DNA of 64,000 nt, taken from positions 352,001 through 416,000 of the forward strand of contig CAVXJH010000003.1 in assembly GCA_963762115.1 (NCBI GenBank), written 5' to 3'. This document shows positions 19,527-30,842 of the stretch, piece by piece. Under the pieces are notes generated by a model. That model saw only the letters and a program-made list of their open reading frames with translations, had not been told where the DNA came from and did not search any database. Source of the stretch: Candidatus Babeliales bacterium. Lineage in GTDB: Bacteria > Babelota > Babeliae > Babelales > JANWKD01. Made by a program: the position numbers and the translations under genes. Position 1 is the stretch's first letter. The number at the start of each line of letters is the position of its first letter.

Positions 19527-22169
19527 TCAGGATAATTTAAAATCCTGTCGTGGCTCTATACCTAAAAGTGCATAGATCTCACTAGCAAATAATGTTTCTT
19601 TTTCATATAACATATTGGCAAGCGTTTCAAGTTTGTCACGATTACTTTTCAATAATTCTTTAACTTTCATATAAGAATTTTCTAATAACTTTTGAACTTC
19701 AGCATCAATCCGTTCAGCAGTTTTTTGAGAATACTGATATTCTCCCTGATTTTGCGTATAAACGACTGTTCCTAGTCCTTCTGACATACCATAAGAACAA
19801 ATCATTTTCCGCGCTATTTCAGTAGCTTTTTCAAAGTCATTAGACGCGCCCGTTGCAAGAACATTAAAAATAAGTTCTTCTGCGGCTCGCCCGCCTAAAC
19901 ATACCATAATAACTGCCAACATCTCATCTTTTGTTTGAGTATATTTTTCTCTTTCAGGTAATGAATGAGTAACTCCTAATGCTCTACCACGCGGAATGAT
20001 AGTCACCTTATGCAAGGGATCACTATGATCAGGTAATAATAACCTAACCAGAGCATGCCCTGATTCATGAAATGCGGTGATTTTTCTTTCTTCGGGCGAA
20101 AGTATAATTGTTTTTAATTCTTTACCAAGCATAACCTTATCACGCGCTTCTTCAAAATCATGCACCGTAATATTCTCTTGCTCTTGATTTTTAGAGCCAT
20201 GCAAGGCTGCTTCATTAACGAGATTTGCTAATTCTGCACCCGAAAATCCTGGCGTCCCACGAGCAATTTTATTTAAATTAACTGAAGAATCAAGTTTTAC
20301 CCCTTTGGCGTGTAGAGATAAAATCTTTTCACGACTTGTTACATCAGGATAAGGAACTTCCACTCTTCTATCAAACCTTCCCGGTCTTAATAATGCATTA
20401 TCCAATGACTCTGCACGATTTGTAGCAGCCATAACAATAACGGCACTTCCGTCAGAATCAAAGCCATCCATTTCTGTTAACAATTGATTTAATGTTTGAT
20501 TACGTTCTTCATGGCCACCAATACCCGTCACTCGTTTGGTACCAACAGCATCGATTTCATCAATGAAAATAATGCTTGGCTTATGCTTACGCGCTTGAGC
20601 AAATAAATCACGTACCCGAGATGCACCCACACCAACATACATTTCAACAAATTCTGAAGCACTTACCGAGAAAAATGGGCAATTAGCTTCACCGGCAACA
20701 GCCTTCGCAAGCAATGTTTTACCATTACCCGGATCACCAACCAATAAAATGCCTCGCGGAATTTTGGCACCAAGACGTTTATACCGTTCTGGGTTTTTTA
20801 AAAATTCAACAACATCACGCAATTCTTCTTTAGCTTCCTCTACACCAGCAACACTATCAAAAGTACATTTTACCTGAGAAGGCATAAACAATTTGCCCTT
20901 TGTGGCACCTTTTGCAGCTGAATTACTTGAAGATGACTGGTTTTTATGAGATTCAAGCAACGCTTTGTGTGCATCCTCAATATCTTGTTGGCCAACAGAT
21001 TCTTTATTTTTCTTAGAAGCATTAATTGCAGCCTTATTCATAAGATTAGCAAGATCAGCGCCACTAAAACCGGCTGTTTCTTCAGCAACCTTTTTTAAAT
21101 CTATATCAACACCCATCTTAAGCCCTTGAGCATTAATCTGTAATATTTGCTCACGACTAAGCGTATCAGGGAAAGATACTTCCACTCTTCTATCAAATCT
21201 TCCTGGCCTTAACAAAGCTTTATCAAGAACATCTGGCATATTAGTAGCAGCTATAACAATAACCGATGAACCTGCCGTATCAAAGCCATCCATCTCCGTC
21301 AAAAGCTGATTAAGCGTTTGCTCACGTTCATCATGACCACCGCCAAAACCACTCCCACGCTGCCTGCCAATTGCATCAATTTCATCAATAAAAACAATAC
21401 TCGGCGCATGTTTACGTGCTTGCGCAAATAGATCTCGAACACGAGCAGCGCCAACACCGACAAACACTTCAATAAAATCTGAACCGGTTATGCTAAAAAA
21501 GGGACAATTTGCTTCTCCAGCAACAGCCTTTGCAAGCAATGTTTTACCATTACCCGGCTCCCCAACGAGCAGAACACCCCGTGTTACCTTTGCACCAAGA
21601 CGCTTGTATTTTTCAGGATTTCTTAAATAATCAACAACATCCTTAAGTTCTTCTTTAGCATCAGTTGCACCCGCAACTGATTTAAAATTTACCTTAATAG
21701 TTGAAGGCATAAACATTTTTGCCTTGCTTTTGCCCATACTAAAAATATTACTGCCGCCTCCAGACCCACGTGATTGTCTGAAAAAATACCATACGCCCAA
21801 CGGCATAAGTAAAAAAGATGCAAGTAACAATAAGTGCCAAAAACTAAATTGTGCTGCTAAAGGAGCAACGGAAAATTCAACACTGTGTTCTCGTAATAAA
21901 TCAAGGTTTTTAGGATTATCAGCAATTACCGCCTCAAATCGAGTCCCATCTTTCAAAATCCCATACACATCTTGCCCATTAATATGGACCGATTTAACTT
22001 CATTGTTTTCAATAGCATCAAGATAGGTTGAATATGAAATGTTTTTCACATGACGCGTATAATCGGTTAATTTCGTGAGTAATGCTATGGAAATCACAAA
22101 AAAGAGCACTACAAAGACTAAGTGCTTGGGTCCGCGCGCAAAAGGATTATTTTTTAGTTTTTGTTTCAT
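19527..22169 (-). CDS. ftsH: FtsH ATP-dependent Zn metalloprotease with two tandem AAA+ modules
   Basis: Two TM segments, two sets of Walker A ([16 protein letters not shown]), Walker B (FIDEID) and SRH ([10 protein letters not shown]), then HESGH M41 motif. Confidence 0.95.
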   Translation of the reverse strand: MKQKLKNNPFARGPKHLVFVVLFFVISIALLTKLTDYTRHVKNISYSTYLDAIENNEVKSVHINGQDVYGILKDGTRFEAVIADNPKNLDLLREHSVEFSVAPLAAQFSFWHLLLLASFLLMPLGVWYFFRQSRGSGGGSNIFSMGKSKAKMFMPSTIKVNFKSVAGATDAKEELKDVVDYLRNPEKYKRLGAKVTRGVLLVGEPGNGKTLLAKAVAGEANCPFFSITGSDFIEVFVGVGAARVRDLFAQARKHAPSIVFIDEIDAIGRQRGSGFGGGHDEREQTLNQLLTEMDGFDTAGSSVIVIAATNMPDVLDKALLRPGRFDRRVEVSFPDTLSREQILQINAQGLKMGVDIDLKKVAEETAGFSGADLANLMNKAAINASKKNKESVGQQDIEDAHKALLESHKNQSSSSNSAAKGATKGKLFMPSQVKCTFDSVAGVEEAKEELRDVVEFLKNPERYKRLGAKIPRGILLVGDPGNGKTLLAKAVAGEANCPFFSVSASEFVEMYVGVGASRVRDLFAQARKHKPSIIFIDEIDAVGTKRVTGIGGHEERNQTLNQLLTEMDGFDSDGSAVIVMAATNRAESLDNALLRPGRFDRRVEVPYPDVTSREKILSLHAKGVKLDSSVNLNKIARGTPGFSGAELANLVNEAALHGSKNQEQENITVHDFEEARDKVMLGKELKTIILSPEERKITAFHESGHALVRLLLPDHSDPLHKVTIIPRGRALGVTHSLPEREKYTQTKDEMLAVIMVCLGGRAAEELIFNVLATGASNDFEKATEIARKMICSYGMSEGLGTVVYTQNQGEYQYSQKTAERIDAEVQKLLENSYMKVKELLKSNRDKLETLANMLYEKETLFASEIYALLGIEPRQDFKLS

Positions 22170-22407
22170 AATTAACCCATTCTTGTTATATATTTTTCAA
22201 AAATACTATTTCCAGCAATTCATGAATTATGAAAAGCTGACGCCTTATTTATATATTCTAATTGTACTATAAAATATAAAAAATAGAAAGTTCTGGTTAA
22301 TTATATTATAAAATATGCGTACTGTCGACATTTTATGAAGAAAATAAGCAGAATTTAGCATCTATAGGGCAGCGAAATACAATACTAGTATAGAAGTTGT
22401 TTCTCCA

Positions 22408-23739
22408 TCAGGCAAATATGCTCAAATCTGTATAGTTGGGTGACCAAGCCGGATAACTACATTCCTCATCTTCACCAGTCAAAAAAAACCTTTCACCGGT
22501 CAGCATATTAAATATGACGATTCTACTACTTTTGCCCTCTTTAAGAACAAAAGCCAGGTAATTCCCACAGGGCGACCATGAACATTCATCTTTGTTGCCC
22601 TTATCAAAGGTAATTTGCTTATGTTCTTTTGTATCCATAGTATACATAAAAACTTGCATATCATTACCTATTAATTTTGAATAGGCAATCGAATTATTTT
22701 TATCAGAATAATGAGGAGAAGCACAGTAGCCGCCTTGCGTTAATCTCTTAGTTTCACCAGTTGCCGGCGTTAAACAATAAAGTTGTGGGCTCTTCGTTTC
22801 AAAATCAGAACAAAAAATAATATCACCATTTTCACACAAATTAGGGGAAGTATTATTACCCTGGTTATGCGTTAATCTTTTAGTAATGCCTTTTTTGGCT
22901 ACCTGATCAAAATAATAATAATATAACTGGCAACTTCCTCTATGCGAAGCACAATAAACCACCTTTTGACCATCAAGTGAAAAACTTGCCAACATAGTAA
23001 GTCCATCAAAATTAGAAATAATCTTTCTCGTGCCATCCAATGCAACAGACATAAGCCGAATATTAGCTGGCGTTACTTCAGAATAGAGAATCAAGGGATT
23101 ATTTTTATCCTTATTCCATCGCGGCGCTAATAATTTACCACCTTTAACAAAACAAACAGCGCTATCTTGCATCGGACTTTGAATATAAATATTTTTTAAG
23201 ATTTGCTTATCTTTTTTGATAACTTTACAATAAGCGATTTTAGTCAAAAAAATGCTTTCTTGACCTGTTAATAGCTTCCAAAGTTGATCTGCAATACTAT
23301 GCGCCGTGGCCTCAACGGTGTTTTGCAAAGCAATCCGCTTTCCTTTTTGCATAGATGCTTGCAAAGAATCATATAATCGCCACTCAATGCTACCTTCTTT
23401 GGTCATTGAAAGTAAAATAACTACACTGAAGCCATCAATAAAAAAGTTTTTCATCTTTTTTATTGATGGAATATCGCTTAAATGCTGTATTTCAACATTG
23501 AAACCACTCAGTTTTTGTTGTTTGCAGGACAAATCATCCTGCACAACAGCGGCAATTTTTAACAACTCAGGAGTTGGGCTCAGTAATCCCAATAATAATT
23601 TCATTTTTTCTTGCTGTTGATTTTTGATAGTCATCTGTATTTGATTATTATTTTTCAGATCAGCTTTCAATACATTATTAGTGCAGAAGCTCACAATAAC
23701 AAAGAGACAATATACTATTTTTCTCATTCTCATTCTCAT
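22408..23739 (-). CDS. tolB: TolB-like beta-propeller protein
   Basis: Signal peptide, AHSIADQL..LTG, PD40-like repeats ending SYPAWSP; last gene of the tolQRA cluster. Confidence 0.85.
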   Translation of the reverse strand: MRMRMRKIVYCLFVIVSFCTNNVLKADLKNNNQIQMTIKNQQQEKMKLLLGLLSPTPELLKIAAVVQDDLSCKQQKLSGFNVEIQHLSDIPSIKKMKNFFIDGFSVVILLSMTKEGSIEWRLYDSLQASMQKGKRIALQNTVEATAHSIADQLWKLLTGQESIFLTKIAYCKVIKKDKQILKNIYIQSPMQDSAVCFVKGGKLLAPRWNKDKNNPLILYSEVTPANIRLMSVALDGTRKIISNFDGLTMLASFSLDGQKVVYCASHRGSCQLYYYYFDQVAKKGITKRLTHNQGNNTSPNLCENGDIIFCSDFETKSPQLYCLTPATGETKRLTQGGYCASPHYSDKNNSIAYSKLIGNDMQVFMYTMDTKEHKQITFDKGNKDECSWSPCGNYLAFVLKEGKSSRIVIFNMLTGERFFLTGEDEECSYPAWSPNYTDLSIFA

Positions 23740-23748
23740 AGGTGGTTA

Positions 23749-24537
23749 TTAAAAAATAAGTTCGATGTCTTTATGCCAAATAGTTTTTGGAAATGGATAA
23801 CTCAACACAAAATTCTTTACCATAATATCAAGCGCTAAAGCTTGTGAAGATTGTACAATAGCAACATCACGATTTGTTTCAGAATGCACACATACCTTCA
23901 CATGACATTCCGTTAATGCTGAAATGTTAGCAGGGCGCTTCCATGCTTTTGCAATCCCCTCCTTAATCTCATTACAAAGCGCAATGAGTTCCAAATCATA
24001 GCGACCGACCTCTTGTATAGCCGAACTTGAATTTATTACCGGTTCTACTTTTTTAATTTCATCTTTTTTTACTACTGCCTCGTTAAGCTTTTCATTCTTT
24101 TTTACCATGAGTTCTTTTTTAGGAATGATCTTAGGAATAGTTTTTTTTGGCACTAGTTTTTCTGGCATCTTTGGAAGAATTTTTGATTTATTCTGCGTAC
24201 TATTTTTTTTAACGGGAATAGTTTTTTTTGGCATCACGGGTAATTGAACTGTTTTTTTTTGTACAAGTTTTTTAGATGGCAATGATGCTATTTTTTTTAC
24301 CACCGTTGGTTGCTGAACTGCTGGAGAAATTGTTTTCATCAAAGGCATGAGTATCACCATTGAACCATCAGAAATTTCTGATAAACGAATAACATCAGAT
24401 GAAAAAAATGATTGAGTCATTAATAAAAGCATAAAAAAAATACAATGAATCAAAAACGAAAACAGTACTAATTTTACAAAAAAAATATTTTTTTTAGGCA
24501 GCCTGGGCAGCAAGCTTCTCAGTTGCAATTGCAACAT
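23749..24537 (-). CDS. TolA/TonB-like protein (true start uncertain)
   Basis: TM with SFLIH motif, Lys/Pro-rich linker, C-terminal WKRP...QSS..LALD domain; between tolR and tolB. Confidence 0.7.
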   Translation of the reverse strand: MLQLQLRSLLPRLPKKNIFFVKLVLFSFLIHCIFFMLLLMTQSFFSSDVIRLSEISDGSMVILMPLMKTISPAVQQPTVVKKIASLPSKKLVQKKTVQLPVMPKKTIPVKKNSTQNKSKILPKMPEKLVPKKTIPKIIPKKELMVKKNEKLNEAVVKKDEIKKVEPVINSSSAIQEVGRYDLELIALCNEIKEGIAKAWKRPANISALTECHVKVCVHSETNRDVAIVQSSQALALDIMVKNFVLSYPFPKTIWHKDIELIF

Positions 24538-24943
24538 CTTTCACTCCTCCAACTACCTTTATACGATCGATGACGCTAATTAAGATATTTGCCGAACAAG
24601 ATTGTTGTCGATCAACACGTACCCATACTCTTTTTGCTTCTCGAGAATTTTGAATATTCGATGCCAAACATTCTTTTATTACTTGTCCAATAGTTTCAAG
24701 CGTAACAGGCTTATTATTACAATAAATCATTTCATTTTTATCAATAGCAACGACAATTTCCTGTTGCTCTTTTCCTGCTTCCTGTGCTGCACCCTTTGGC
24801 AAATCTATTTTAATTGAATTTTGAATCATCGGTGTTGTAACCATAAAAATTATTAATAATGTTAATGCAGTATCAATAAGAGGAGTCAGCGTAATTTCTA
24901 ATGACGGAGCAAGCGACTTTTTTCTACGTTTTAATGACTGCAT
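24494..24943 (-). CDS. TolR/ExbD family protein
   Basis: LTPLIDTALTLLIIFMVTTP, IDLPK. Confidence 0.92.
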   Translation of the reverse strand: MQSLKRRKKSLAPSLEITLTPLIDTALTLLIIFMVTTPMIQNSIKIDLPKGAAQEAGKEQQEIVVAIDKNEMIYCNNKPVTLETIGQVIKECLASNIQNSREAKRVWVRVDRQQSCSANILISVIDRIKVVGGVKDVAIATEKLAAQAA

Positions 24944-24956
24944 AGCACAGCTCCTC

Positions 24957-25652
24957 TCAAATTTTCTCTTTAAGAAAAAGTCTTTGTATAATCCAATTAA
25001 ATTTATCAGCTACCGTAAAAAGTTGATATTCTATTGAACGAATTTGTGCAATCAAATAATGATACATAACTAAAGCAGGAACTGCCACTAATAATCCTGC
25101 CAAGGTAGTAATTAATGCTTCTGCAATACCAGGTGCAACAGTGGTTATATCAGCCGACTGTTTTTCACTAATACGAATAAATGCATGCACTAAACCCCAC
25201 ACCGTACCAAATAATCCTAGTAAAGGTGAAACGGATGCGCTGGTAAATAAAAATGGCAGATACGATTCTTCGGTTCTCATAAGATCATCTATATTTTGCT
25301 CTATTTGTTGTTGCAAATAAGAGCATTCGTTTTGAGTAATATGAGTTTTTGTAGCATCATGCTCAAGCAATGCCTTCAACACTGAAAGATTTTTTTTCAA
25401 AAAATAGCCCGGCAATGTATCAATCATTCCTGACGTGATCACACGCATTTCTTCAAATGTTTGAACTTCTTTTAATTGTTGCAGCATTTGATTAAGTTGA
25501 CGTCGTTTTACGTTCAAAAGAATTATTTTATATAAAAATATTGCCCAGCAAATAATAGACATGCCCAAAAGTAACAAAAGAACTAGTTTGGTTACTAAGT
25601 CTGATTGCTTTACTAACAACCACAAACTATTCCCGGTAAAACTGTAAGCCAT
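24957..25652 (-). CDS. TolQ/ExbB family proton channel
   Basis: SPLLGLFGTVWG, VAPGIAEALITTLAGL. Confidence 0.93.
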   Translation of the reverse strand: MAYSFTGNSLWLLVKQSDLVTKLVLLLLLGMSIICWAIFLYKIILLNVKRRQLNQMLQQLKEVQTFEEMRVITSGMIDTLPGYFLKKNLSVLKALLEHDATKTHITQNECSYLQQQIEQNIDDLMRTEESYLPFLFTSASVSPLLGLFGTVWGLVHAFIRISEKQSADITTVAPGIAEALITTLAGLLVAVPALVMYHYLIAQIRSIEYQLFTVADKFNWIIQRLFLKEKI

Positions 25653-25734
25653 TTTTTAGATCCTTTTGTAATAAAAGATTTTTGATTTATCCTAGTCTAG
25701 CGCATAGTATGGGTAGTTAACAAGATTCATTTGA

Positions 25735-27156
25735 TTATTTTTCTGTTTTGCTTTGAAAAGTCTCCAATACTCGCTTCTTTAAAATATCTTTCTGCGTAAT
25801 ACCCTCATTCAGTTGTATTTGATATGCTTCTTTAACCAATAAGCCCATCAGCGGCCCTGGCTCTATTTCGGGCACCAAATCCTTTCCTTCAAGAATTCTC
25901 TTTTCAACCCCATGCAAGGCTCGAGCAGACTCAGCTTTCTTAATAAATTCATCAATACCCACTATTGCATTTGAAAGTGGCTTCCATTTTGCAGGGTTTC
26001 TTCCTTGTTTATCGGCAAGTGAAAGTTTTGCAAGCATCGCCAAGGTCACCTCAGGCGATAATTTCAATGCTAATTTTTTATAGGCATTTAAGGTTGCTTT
26101 ACCATCGACAAACTGCAAAGGATACATATGCGCAGCAACCAATTTACAAACTGATTGTATCACGAACGCATTATTCATTATTCGTTTTAAAAATTTTTTT
26201 GCTAAGGGAACGCCAACTATTTCATGACGATAACTGGTTATTTTGCCTTCTGTTTTTTTTGTTGCTTTTGCTTTACCAAAATCATGACACAAGGCTGCAT
26301 AAAGCACTATTAATTTTTCTTGTTCATTCTCATAGTTTAAACATGCGGCTGCATCAAGCGTCTGCAGAGTATGTTCAAAAACATCACCTTCAGGATGCCA
26401 CACAGGATTTTGCTCAACTCCTTGCAATGCTGCAATTTCAGGAAAAATATCTAATCGATGAATTTTTTTCAACCAAGCAAATGCCAATGACGGCCTTTTA
26501 GATTTCAAAAATAATTTTTTAAATTCTGTTTCAATGCGTTCTTTTGAAACATGGGCAACATCCATCGTGCGACAAATAGTATCTAAACTAGCATCAGGAA
26601 TCATTTCAAAACGACCAATAAATTGCATCACTCTAAAAAAACGCAACGGATCTTCAATAAAAGTTATTGGCTGTGTTGCGCGTAAAATACCATCTTGCAA
26701 ATCTTTGTAGCCATTAAAAGGATCAATTAATTCATAGGTGATTAAATCAATACCCATTGCATTCATAGTTACATCACGGCGCCCAAATGCTGTTTTTATG
26801 TCTAAAAAAGGATCGAGGGTAACTTCAGGTTTTCTTCCACTTTTATCACTGCGAGGGATTGACCAATCAATGTCTAATGATTCCAATCGCAGTACACCAA
26901 ATGATTTACCAACAAGATTCACCGCTCCATAATGACTCAAGAGTTTTTCCAATTTCTCTAAAGAAATATGATGCACTTCAATATCTAAATCTTTGATAGG
27001 AAGATCAAGCAATAAATCTCTCACTGCTCCGCCTACCAGATATATTTTACCGCCAACGGCATCTATAGCGTGAATAATTGAGCATACATCAGCATTGTTT
27101 TCTAAAATTTTTGTTAACTTCTTTTGTATCTTTATACTAATTTTTGTAAACTTCAA
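25735..27156 (-). CDS. cca: CCA tRNA nucleotidyltransferase with HD domain
   Basis: VGGAVRD..DLDIE, RRDVTMNAM, EDPLRFFR, WHPEGDVFEHT, LCHDFGK. Confidence 0.92.
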   Translation of the reverse strand: MKFTKISIKIQKKLTKILENNADVCSIIHAIDAVGGKIYLVGGAVRDLLLDLPIKDLDIEVHHISLEKLEKLLSHYGAVNLVGKSFGVLRLESLDIDWSIPRSDKSGRKPEVTLDPFLDIKTAFGRRDVTMNAMGIDLITYELIDPFNGYKDLQDGILRATQPITFIEDPLRFFRVMQFIGRFEMIPDASLDTICRTMDVAHVSKERIETEFKKLFLKSKRPSLAFAWLKKIHRLDIFPEIAALQGVEQNPVWHPEGDVFEHTLQTLDAAACLNYENEQEKLIVLYAALCHDFGKAKATKKTEGKITSYRHEIVGVPLAKKFLKRIMNNAFVIQSVCKLVAAHMYPLQFVDGKATLNAYKKLALKLSPEVTLAMLAKLSLADKQGRNPAKWKPLSNAIVGIDEFIKKAESARALHGVEKRILEGKDLVPEIEPGPLMGLLVKEAYQIQLNEGITQKDILKKRVLETFQSKTEK

Positions 27157-27199
27157 CGTATAATTTCCTTTTGTACATAGTCATAGAAAGTATCGTGTT

Positions 27200-27994
27200 A
27201 TGAATTTATTTTTATTGTCAGCATACTTTGTTTTTTTCTGCACTGCTATGCAATATACATCATGTTTTGATTTTTCTCTAAAAGGAATTTCATCATGGAT
27301 TACCGGCAACACAGAAAAAGTATTTTTAAAAGAAGCATATTTTGATTTTGATGGTACCGTCGTTCTTGAAAACGGTGTTGGATCAGTGATTGTGAAATCA
27401 TGGAGTCTGCCAAAAATAGCAATTGAGGCAATAAAAAAAGCACCTGAAAAAGAGATTGATACGGTAATAATCAATACTCAAATGAGCAATAATAAAGTAT
27501 CGATCAATTCAACAATAAAAAACACAGCAAAAAACAATAACCATTCAATCGACTATCGTCTTATCGTTCCCTATAAAACCAATCTTATCATAAAAAATAA
27601 GGGTACTATTAAAATTAAAAATATAGAGGGAAATATTAAAGCATCTTCAGAGAGTACAATCGATATACGGGGAGCCGTTGGCAATGTTACTGTTCAATCA
27701 AATGGCACGGCAATGATTGCCTTTTCAACCTTGCCCCTTGAAAGCTTAGTACATATCACCAGTACAAAAAGCAATGTTGTAATTGCACTGCCATCTCAAA
27801 TCAATGCTACTCTTACGGCAAAAACCGAGTTTAATATGATCAACTCAGAACATTTTATTATGTTAAATCCGATGACCATATTACTTAACAAACAAACATG
27901 GAACAGATTACAGAAAGAAGTATATGGTATGATTGGCAATGGAGGAACTCAAATAGTATTAACAGCCTATAATGGCGTTACGATAACCTATTAA
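27200..27994 (+). CDS. Exported beta-strand repeat protein (DUF4097/adhesin-like)
   Basis: Signal peptide; LEN..GSVIVKSW, IDYRLIVP, repeated GxIxI strands. Confidence 0.6.
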   Translation: MNLFLLSAYFVFFCTAMQYTSCFDFSLKGISSWITGNTEKVFLKEAYFDFDGTVVLENGVGSVIVKSWSLPKIAIEAIKKAPEKEIDTVIINTQMSNNKVSINSTIKNTAKNNNHSIDYRLIVPYKTNLIIKNKGTIKIKNIEGNIKASSESTIDIRGAVGNVTVQSNGTAMIAFSTLPLESLVHITSTKSNVVIALPSQINATLTAKTEFNMINSEHFIMLNPMTILLNKQTWNRLQKEVYGMIGNGGTQIVLTAYNGVTITY

Positions 27995-28014
27995 AGTCCC
28001 TCACATAAAATTAT

Positions 28015-29307
28015 TTATGAAATTGCACAATATGATTTTTCTAATGCAACATGATTTTGTAAAAAACTAGTCAATGCTGGCTTCTGATTCAAAATTAAGT
28101 TTGTATAAATTTCTGCGATTTCTGGGCTAGCATTAAGATCAATTTTTTGGCCGTTGCCTATGAATTCTAAAGCCCATCGTATGAGCAATATACCTTCAAT
28201 AGGTAATGACATAATTTCATCATGCAACATTGGATTTACTAAATGCAAACGCCCGATAATTGTTTTATATTGTATCTTTTTATCAAGCACTATTTCTCCA
28301 TTCACATCAAATTTAACAGAACACTTACAATTTGACCTATAAGATTTACATCTTAAAGATATAAGGTTCCAATCTTGAATAATCCATTTATTACGCTTAT
28401 GAGAAGTTGCTACCACATGTAAACCATCTAATGAGAATGCCACCGATTCAAGACCTTCTTCAGCCGATAGACGATTACATTTTTCAGTTCCCAAATTCCA
28501 AATGCGCACCACATTATCATCCGAAGCAACCGCTAATTTAGCATTGTTAGGTGAAAAACAAAGAGCTTTAACACGAGATCGACTCGGCAACGAACTTACG
28601 ATTCCTTCTTTTATGTTATATACTTTAATATCACTACAATTATTCAAAGCAACTGCTAGCAAAGCTTTGTCCGCAGAGAGCACATATGAACTTATTGTAG
28701 TATTTTTTAAAACTTCTTGAATACATGCCGGTAATACACATTGTTGAGTCATACCATATCGTTGCGCCATATGATGACCGATTAAAACAGAAAGTTCAAC
28801 AGGTAAATCAAATTGGAAACACCATGCTTTCATTTGCTCGATATTCATAATTTTAAATTGAGCAATCACGTTATAAGCAACGGTCTTTGCACAACCTTCA
28901 AGCAATGTTTCACAATTCAGACAATTAGCACTATTTAAAATCTTTATAAGCATTTCGACTGAAAAATTTTGTTCATTAAGATGTTTAAAAACAAGATTAA
29001 TTTTTTCCTCGAGCGCTAATTCATTGTTTTTTACTAATAACTCAAAAATTGGTTTTATGATAGCAAGTTCAACCGATCCAATTTCAGGTAAAGCCAAAGG
29101 CTCATTAGCCGCATTATTCTTTTCGGGAAGATCGGAATCATCACGAATCATATCGGCGAGAACTTTTGATTGCTCTGCACAAGCATGACTCAAGGTAATC
29201 TGCACGCCATCATTTGTCTCTAGAGTAATATCATCCATGCCATACAGCATCGATACACTACTAAAAATCATTCCCCAGAAAAAAAATTGTTTTATTGTAC
29301 TCTTCAT
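28015..29307 (-). CDS. Secreted SKP1/BTB-like plus WD40 protein (candidate effector)
   Basis: ITLETNDG..ITL...AEQSKVLADMI and LIKILNSANCLNCETLLEGCAKTVA (SKP1-like); VKALCFSPNNAKLAVASDDNVVRIWNL (WD40). Confidence 0.8.
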   Translation of the reverse strand: MKSTIKQFFFWGMIFSSVSMLYGMDDITLETNDGVQITLSHACAEQSKVLADMIRDDSDLPEKNNAANEPLALPEIGSVELAIIKPIFELLVKNNELALEEKINLVFKHLNEQNFSVEMLIKILNSANCLNCETLLEGCAKTVAYNVIAQFKIMNIEQMKAWCFQFDLPVELSVLIGHHMAQRYGMTQQCVLPACIQEVLKNTTISSYVLSADKALLAVALNNCSDIKVYNIKEGIVSSLPSRSRVKALCFSPNNAKLAVASDDNVVRIWNLGTEKCNRLSAEEGLESVAFSLDGLHVVATSHKRNKWIIQDWNLISLRCKSYRSNCKCSVKFDVNGEIVLDKKIQYKTIIGRLHLVNPMLHDEIMSLPIEGILLIRWALEFIGNGQKIDLNASPEIAEIYTNLILNQKPALTSFLQNHVALEKSYCAIS

Positions 29308-29648
29308 CAGTACTCCTTTTTTTAGTTAAGATTTTTTCCTAACATATTGTTTATAATGTTCTCTTTAAGCTTAACAAATATAAAAATAATGTCAATGTGA
29401 AATTAATTTTATATTAATCCAATCATATTTATTCAATCATAAAACATCGCGCCCTGTTTTTTGAATAAATATGCAACATTTTTTGAATTTATAATTAATT
29501 TAAAATTAGTCCTGATAAATCAGTATAGGCTACTATCTTTTACCCTTATTATTCATTTCATAAAGAATACTAATCAGTTTATTTACATTCTCTTATGATT
29601 TTTTGAATACTATAAAACGAAGATAAAAATAATATTTGAGGATATAGA

Positions 29649-30842
29649 ATGAAAAAAACCATACTATTTTTCTTGTGCTTATTAATAATTATTACTGGTT
29701 TATTTTTTGCAAGACAGTTTATACATAGTGACCAAAAAACATTTGCACAGAACTTATTATCTCCAGCAAATATTGCCATTAATAATAATGATGCGCCCTG
29801 TACTATCATGGTACATAACGATCAGTTCTATCCTAGAGTTTTAAGCAACGGATCATTAGCTCTTGGTGAAGCATATATGGATAACTGGTGGAACTGTTTA
29901 GCACTTGATGACCTTTTTTTTCGTATTGCCCGCTCTGATATCTATAATAGAACCCCAAAAAATATATATTCTCTTTATATGTATTTAAAAGCAAAATTGA
30001 TGAACTTACAATCACCATCGCGAGCATTCCAAGTTGGTGAACAACATTATGACCTTGGTAATGATTTATTCAAGGCAATGCTTGATAAAAATATGTTATA
30101 TTCATGTGCTTATTGGAAAAATGCTCACACATTAGAAGAAGCACAAGAAAATAAATGTGAACTTATTTGTAAAAAATTAAACCTACAACCGGGTATGAAG
30201 ATTCTTGATATTGGCTGTGGCTGGGGCGGTTTTGCTTTATATGCCGCCAAAAATTATGGTGTTAACGTTGTTGGTGTCACCATTTCCAAAGAGCAAGCTG
30301 AGTATGCTCGAGAAATAACAAAAGATTATCCCATTGAAATACGATTGCAAGATTATCGAGATATCAATGAATCCTTTGATCGCATTGTGAGTATTGGCAT
30401 GTTTGAACACGTAGGTTTAAAAAATTATAAAACCTTCATGAATAACACTCATAAGTTATTAAAAGATGGTGGCTTATTGCTCCTGCATACAATTGGCAAT
30501 AATAGTTCGCAACCGCATGGTGATCCTTGGATTACAAAATATATTTTTACCAATGGTATGCTTCCTTCAATTGAACAAATTGCACAAGCGAGCCAAGATC
30601 ATTTTGTTATGGAAGATTGGCATAACTTTGGCGCAGATTACGACAAAACATTAATGGCTTGGGATGCGAACTTCGAAAAAAATTGGCACCTTTTAAAGTC
30701 ATCTTACAATGATCGTTTTTACCGCATGTGGAAATATTATTTATTATCATGTGCTGGACTGTTTCGAGCACGAGCAATACAACTCTGGCAAATAGTGTTT
30801 TCTAAATCAGGTGTTTTAAATGGTTATCAATCAATTCGATAA
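29649..30842 (+). CDS. cfa: Cyclopropane fatty acyl phospholipid synthase
   Basis: GEAYMD.WW, HYDLGNDLF, MLYSCAYW, LDIGCGWGG, SIGMFEHVG, FYRMWKYYL. Confidence 0.95.
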   Translation: MKKTILFFLCLLIIITGLFFARQFIHSDQKTFAQNLLSPANIAINNNDAPCTIMVHNDQFYPRVLSNGSLALGEAYMDNWWNCLALDDLFFRIARSDIYNRTPKNIYSLYMYLKAKLMNLQSPSRAFQVGEQHYDLGNDLFKAMLDKNMLYSCAYWKNAHTLEEAQENKCELICKKLNLQPGMKILDIGCGWGGFALYAAKNYGVNVVGVTISKEQAEYAREITKDYPIEIRLQDYRDINESFDRIVSIGMFEHVGLKNYKTFMNNTHKLLKDGGLLLLHTIGNNSSQPHGDPWITKYIFTNGMLPSIEQIAQASQDHFVMEDWHNFGADYDKTLMAWDANFEKNWHLLKSSYNDRFYRMWKYYLLSCAGLFRARAIQLWQIVFSKSGVLNGYQSIR

